From assembly GCF_000195975.1 (NCBI RefSeq), contig NC_005070.1, positions 2,402,429 to 2,434,428 on the forward strand: a stretch of DNA of 32,000 bases, in the 5' to 3' direction. Origin of the DNA: Parasynechococcus marenigrum WH 8102. GTDB taxonomy: Bacteria; Cyanobacteriota; Cyanobacteriia; PCC-6307; Cyanobiaceae. Both the position numbers and the translations under genes were made by a program. The notes beneath the pieces are model-generated. The model had not been told where the DNA came from, searched no databases, and saw only the letters and a list, made by a program, of their open reading frames with translations. Positions 28,128-32,000 of the stretch are shown piece after piece; the stretch's first letter is position 1, and every line of letters begins with the position of its first letter.

Positions 28128-29987
28128 ATGACAGCGGAGCTTGGGGATTTCATCGAAGCTGCTGGTCTGCTCGAGTACGACCCCGCTGCCATCACCAGGA
28201 TCTATGCCGGTCATCCCCAGCGGCTGATCCGCCGCCTGTGGCAGACCCTTGTCCCAATCGGATTGCTGCTGCTCGGCGTGGCCTTCGACTGGCTGTTCCA
28301 GCTGCTGAAGGATGAAGAACGGGCCCGGAGCCGCGCCCGCGAATGCGCTGAACTGCTGGTGGATTTGGGACCCGCCTTCATCAAAGCTGGCCAGGCCCTG
28401 TCCACCCGACCCGACATCGTGCCTCCTTTGTTGTTGGAGGAACTCTCACAACTGCAGGATCAATTGCCGGGTTTCGACAGCGATCTGGCCATGGCTTGTA
28501 TCGAAGAGGACCTCGGTGCTCCGGTTGATGAGCTCTATGAGCAGCTCGACCGGGAGCCGATCTCTGCAGCCTCACTGGGGCAGGTGCACCGCGGGGTTCT
28601 CAACAATGGTCAGAAGGTTGCGGTGAAAGTCCAGCGACCCGGTCTGCGCGAACAGATCACGCTGGATCTTTACATCGTCCGCAACATCGCCGCCTGGTTG
28701 AACAGCAATATCGGCCTGATCCGCAGTGACCTGGTTGCCCTGATCGATGAATTAGGCCGTCGGGTGTTCGAAGAGATGGACTACCTCAATGAGGCGGCTA
28801 ACGCTGAAAAATTCGCTGAGCTGCATCGCCACAATCCTCGCATCGCTGTACCGGCAATCTTCCACGAGGCCACCAGCCGTCGGGTACTGACGATGGAGTG
28901 GATAGATGGGGTGAAGCTCACCAATCTCGATGCGGTCCGTGAGCTTGGCATTGACCCCGACGACATGGTGGATGTCGGTGTGAACTGCAGCTTGCAGCAA
29001 TTGCTGGAGCACGGCTTCTTCCATGCCGACCCTCATCCGGGCAACCTGCTGGCCCTTGAAGATGGCCGGCTCTGCTACCTGGATTTCGGGATGATGAGTG
29101 AAGTCAGCCGTGAGTCCCGCACCGGATTGATTCAGGCGGTGGTGCACCTGGTGAACCGCAACTTCGGAAAGCTCTCTAAAGACTTCGTCACCCTTGGTTT
29201 CCTCGCGGAAGACGTCAATCTCGAGCCGATCGTTCCGGCATTCGAATCCGTATTCAGTCAGGCCCTGGAAGCTGGGGTCAATCGCATGGACTTCAAGGCC
29301 GTGACTGACGACATGTCCGGTGTGATGTACAAATTCCCCTTCCGCGTCCCGCCCTATTACGCACTGATCATCCGCTCCCTGGTCACGCTTGAAGGCATCG
29401 CCTTGAGCGTCGACCCACAGTTCAAGATCCTTGGCGCCGCGTATCCCTATTTCGCCCGGAGATTGATGGAGGATCCCGATCCGCAATTGCGGCAGAGCCT
29501 CAAGGAAATGTTGTTCGACGGTGACGCATTCCGCTGGACACGTCTGGAAAATCTGGTGTCCAGTGCAGCCAGCCAGGCACAGCTGGACCTCGAAGCCCTG
29601 CTTGATCAGCTTCTCGATTTCCTGTTCTCTCCCAAAGCCGGTTTGCTCAGGGATCAACTTGTCGAGGCCACTGTGGATCGCCTCGACGCCATCGGCTGGT
29701 CGACCGTGCAACGGCTCGGACGCCGCTTGCCTAAGCGAATCCAACCCAACGCCTTCCAGTCTCGAGGACTGCCCCCTGCCGATCCACTGCTGCAGTTGGA
29801 ACCAATTCGTGAACTGATCAACGTTCTCCAATCTCTACCGGACTTCACGCCCGACCTACTGCTGAAACGGATGCCGAGGCTGCTCAATGAACCGGACACC
29901 CGTCGGATGGGTGTTCAGGTAGCTCAGGGTCTGGCCGAACGAGGAGTTGTCCGCCTCGTGAGGGTTGCTGCTGGAGTGTCCACCTAA
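28128..29987 (+). CDS. ABC1/UbiB (AarF) family atypical kinase
   Basis: Start placed at ATG 28128 (MTAELGDFIEAAGLL), 619 aa. FIKAGQALSTRPDIVPP, ISAASLGQVHRG, FFHADPHPGNLL, LDFGMM. The track extension 27606..28127 is antisense to recN and is rejected. Confidence 0.88.
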   Translation: MTAELGDFIEAAGLLEYDPAAITRIYAGHPQRLIRRLWQTLVPIGLLLLGVAFDWLFQLLKDEERARSRARECAELLVDLGPAFIKAGQALSTRPDIVPPLLLEELSQLQDQLPGFDSDLAMACIEEDLGAPVDELYEQLDREPISAASLGQVHRGVLNNGQKVAVKVQRPGLREQITLDLYIVRNIAAWLNSNIGLIRSDLVALIDELGRRVFEEMDYLNEAANAEKFAELHRHNPRIAVPAIFHEATSRRVLTMEWIDGVKLTNLDAVRELGIDPDDMVDVGVNCSLQQLLEHGFFHADPHPGNLLALEDGRLCYLDFGMMSEVSRESRTGLIQAVVHLVNRNFGKLSKDFVTLGFLAEDVNLEPIVPAFESVFSQALEAGVNRMDFKAVTDDMSGVMYKFPFRVPPYYALIIRSLVTLEGIALSVDPQFKILGAAYPYFARRLMEDPDPQLRQSLKEMLFDGDAFRWTRLENLVSSAASQAQLDLEALLDQLLDFLFSPKAGLLRDQLVEATVDRLDAIGWSTVQRLGRRLPKRIQPNAFQSRGLPPADPLLQLEPIRELINVLQSLPDFTPDLLLKRMPRLLNEPDTRRMGVQVAQGLAERGVVRLVRVAAGVST

Positions 29988-30011
29988 GTTCTGGGCATTG
30001 CTCCAGGGTTC

Positions 30012-30596
30012 ATGCCAACCGTCAAAACCCGTCGCTGCCGGGCGATCGCCCTGGTCGCAAGTTGGGGCATTGGGCTCATCGCCCTGGCCAGCCCAGCCCT
30101 GGCGGCCAAGAACGTTGCACTGGTCAGTGGAGCCTTTCGGCGCTCAATCCCCGTTAAGGACATCGAGCATCTGGCCAACACCGGTGAAGCGAGAGGTCTG
30201 CTGGAGCAGCTGCTGGTTTTGTCCAAACAGGATCCTGAAAACGTCGCCAAACTCCTCAACCAAAAACTGGATCTGCCTCTGGTTCTCACCAGTCGTCTGA
30301 TCAACACCCGTATTGGTGAAGCGATCATCCGACGTGTGGGACAGATCCTCTATCCGATCTATACACCTCAACCGGAGGTCAGCATCCCCGCGTTGCGGGC
30401 TGCCGTGATCAACGGACTCCACAACAGCGGTGACGGACTGACCGCCGTGGATTTCCTCAAGGCTTATCCCAATGAGGTGTTGGCTGTGAACCTTCCGGCC
30501 CTGTTTTCCGTGATCGATAAAGCCCAATCCATTTCAGGACTGGTGCAGTTCTTCTCCGATTCACCCCTGGACGGCCTGAAGGAAGCCAAGCCCTAA
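30012..30596 (+). CDS. secreted DUF1400-domain protein
   Basis: 194 aa with signal peptide ALVASWGIGLIALASPALA. The body (FRRSIPVKDIEHLANTGEARGLLEQLL...LLNQKLDLPLVLTSRLINTRIGEAIIRRVGQIL...IPALRAAVINGLHNSGDGLTAVDFLKAYPNEVLAVNL) follows the DUF1400 pattern as I recall it. Confidence 0.65.
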   Translation: MPTVKTRRCRAIALVASWGIGLIALASPALAAKNVALVSGAFRRSIPVKDIEHLANTGEARGLLEQLLVLSKQDPENVAKLLNQKLDLPLVLTSRLINTRIGEAIIRRVGQILYPIYTPQPEVSIPALRAAVINGLHNSGDGLTAVDFLKAYPNEVLAVNLPALFSVIDKAQSISGLVQFFSDSPLDGLKEAKP

Positions 30597-30632
30597 ACCT
30601 CGTAGATTCCGCCTGATTCCAAGCAGCATCCG

Positions 30633-31739
30633 GTGTCCCTGTTCCAGAACCTCCGTCGGCGCTTTGCGGCCACCCCTGTGATGCAGGACTGGCCCGGTCT
30701 GATCGAGGCCTACAGAGCTTGGCTACCGGTGACCTCCACCACGCCCGTGATCACCCTCAGGGAGGGGGCGACTCCACTGATCCCTGTACCCGCAATCGAG
30801 GAGCGGATCGGCAAGGGTGTGAAGGTCTTCGTCAAGTACGACGGTCTCAACCCGACCGGATCCTTCAAGGATCGGGGCATGACCATGGCCATCAGCAAGG
30901 CCAAGGAAGCCGGCTGCGAGGCTGTGATCTGCGCCAGTACCGGCAACACCAGTGCAGCAGCCGCGGCCTACGCCCGTCGCGGTGGCATGCGGGCCTTCGT
31001 GCTGATCCCCGACGGATACGTCGCCCAGGGAAAACTGGCGCAGGCCCTCGTCTACGGCGCTGAGGTTCTGGCGATTCGCGGCAATTTCGACCGCGCTCTG
31101 GACATCGTTCGCGAAGCAGCGGAGAAGTACCCCGTGACGCTGGTGAACTCAGTGAACCCCTACCGACTTCAGGGCCAGAAAACCGCTGCCTTTGAAGTCG
31201 TCGATGCCCTTGGTGATGCCCCCGATTGGCTGTGCATCCCCATGGGCAACGCCGGCAACATCACGGCCTACTGGATGGGGTTCCAGGAATACCGACAAGC
31301 CGGTCACAGCCGCACACTGCCGCGCATGATGGGCTTCCAGGCCAGCGGCTCCGCACCGTTGGTCAACGACACCACCGTGAGCGATCCGGACACGATTGCA
31401 ACCGCGATTCGCATCGGCAATCCGGTGAACCGCGCCAAAGCGATCGCCGCTCGTCAAGCCAGCAACGGTGCCTTCCTCGACGTCACCGATGCCGAAATCA
31501 TTGAGGCCTACAAGCTTCTGGGTGGCCAGGAAGGCATCTTCTGCGAACCGGCCAGTGCAGCCTCCGTCGCAGGTCTGTTAAAGCGGAAAGATGAGGTCCC
31601 GGCGGGAGCGACCGTGGTCTGCGTGCTCACCGGCAATGGCCTGAAGGATCCGGATTGCGCCATCAACAACAACGATGCCGCCTTCCATACAGACCTGAAC
31701 CCCGATCTCGCCACGGTGGCGGGAGTCATGGGTTTTTAA
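30633..31739 (+). CDS. thrC: threonine synthase
   Basis: PLP-lysine motif LNPTGSFKDRGMT and CASTGNTSAAAAAY. GTG 30633 gives 368 aa. The alternative ATG 30681 begins MQDWPGLIEAYRAWLPV. Confidence 0.93.
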   Translation: MSLFQNLRRRFAATPVMQDWPGLIEAYRAWLPVTSTTPVITLREGATPLIPVPAIEERIGKGVKVFVKYDGLNPTGSFKDRGMTMAISKAKEAGCEAVICASTGNTSAAAAAYARRGGMRAFVLIPDGYVAQGKLAQALVYGAEVLAIRGNFDRALDIVREAAEKYPVTLVNSVNPYRLQGQKTAAFEVVDALGDAPDWLCIPMGNAGNITAYWMGFQEYRQAGHSRTLPRMMGFQASGSAPLVNDTTVSDPDTIATAIRIGNPVNRAKAIAARQASNGAFLDVTDAEIIEAYKLLGGQEGIFCEPASAASVAGLLKRKDEVPAGATVVCVLTGNGLKDPDCAINNNDAAFHTDLNPDLATVAGVMGF

Positions 31740-31763
31740 ATCAACACCTGTCTGATCCCTCAC

Positions 31764-31787
31764 GACCCCGAAAGGGGTCTTTTTTTT
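31764..31787 (+). terminator. rho-independent terminator of thrC
   Basis: GACCCC-gaaa-GGGGTC followed by T8 (31780..31787), 25 nt after the thrC TAA. Confidence 0.9.
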
Positions 31788-31818
31788 GCTTTAAACCACC
31801 GACCAACCGACAAAGCGA

Positions 31819-31942
31819 CTGGGGAAGACCACCTACAAATCGCTCAACAGGCTGGGGAAAGAACGACCAAACTCGACGCACCGGTGCGTCAGCTTTTCTC
31901 CACAAGCAGTGAAGAAGTGGAAAACACGTTCCTCTTCCCCAG
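31819..31942. repeat. CTGGGGAAGA motif in three copies (two direct, one inverted) around a 16-nt perfect palindrome
   Basis: ctggggaaga at 31819..31828. ctggggaaagaac at 31852..31864. tcttccccag at 31933..31942, the exact reverse complement of copy 1. GACGCACCGGTGCGTC at 31875..31890, followed by agcttttct. Confidence 0.6.
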
Positions 31943-32000
31943 CACCCGATTCATTCTCCTCAGCTCAATGCTGCTATCAGCCTTGGTCATAACTGGAATC

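Noticed and set aside
30042-30049. HIP1 octamers GCGATCGC at 10018..10025, 30042..30049 and 31440..31447
   Set aside because: There are only three copies in 32 kb, against roughly one expected from base composition. All are inside coding sequence. The enrichment is too weak to call.
31655-31912. 85-aa ORF spanning the thrC 3' end and the downstream spacer
   Set aside because: It runs straight through the thrC intrinsic terminator and the repeat array. Its composition is R/P/T/G-rich and not credible as a gene.
31968-32000. Possible start of a plus-strand gene (ATG 31968, MLLSALVITGI...) at the right edge
   Set aside because: Only 11 codons are visible, with no SD and nothing to compare. It cannot be supported from this window.
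1-32000. Scan for tRNA/rRNA genes, CRISPR arrays, IS or integrase genes, toxin-antitoxin pairs, defence-island or biosynthetic-cluster signatures
   Set aside because: Every ORF longer than 80 aa that is not an antisense artefact is assigned to a housekeeping or conserved cyanobacterial family. Apart from the 43% G+C sps upstream spacer reported above, I saw no large compositional shift typical of a horizontally acquired island. I also saw no direct-repeat arrays or flanking att-like repeats.

Overview
This is a gene-dense chromosomal core segment with high G+C (about 60% by eye). Its gene content (CyanoQ/psbQ, a Tic20-like protein, an IctB-like Wzy_C protein, an SPS-SPP fusion, DUF1400 and DUF3134-like proteins) suggests a marine Synechococcus-type picocyanobacterium; that assignment is inference. 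I call 28 protein-coding genes. One is cut by the left edge and is absent from the ORF track. One is a 52-codon micro-ORF below the track cutoff. In order they are: DAHP synthase (partial), acnB, ClC channel, radical SAM protein, IctB-like/O-antigen-ligase-like protein, purU, psbQ, thiO, pstS, dnaK, aroE, Tic20-like, rpsF, coiled-coil hypothetical, argG, small membrane protein, DUF3134-like, mraY, two small ORFs, purT, sucrose-phosphate synthase, DUF1400-hydrolase, uvrA, recN, ABC1 kinase, DUF1400 protein, thrC. There are also two clear intrinsic terminators and several strong stem-loops. I saw no rRNA or tRNA genes, CRISPR arrays, transposases or integrases, phage genes or defence-type genes. 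I could not find a convincing novel multi-gene system, and the window reads as ordinary housekeeping genome. The observations worth a second look are small in scale. (1) Two genes (thiO, radical SAM) have conserved N-termini upstream of any ATG/GTG/TTG, and each has an SD-like element 6-7 nt before an in-frame CTG that overlaps the upstream stop as CTGA. (2) An untracked 52-aa single-TM ORF is chained by stop/start overlaps between mraY and purT. (3) Two perfect long hairpins bracket the rpsF-argG spacer gene, and one covers its start codon. (4) A CTGGGGAAGA repeat and palindrome array lies downstream of thrC. (5) A 43% G+C spacer with helically phased repeats lies upstream of sps. The many long antisense ORFs are high-GC artefacts.
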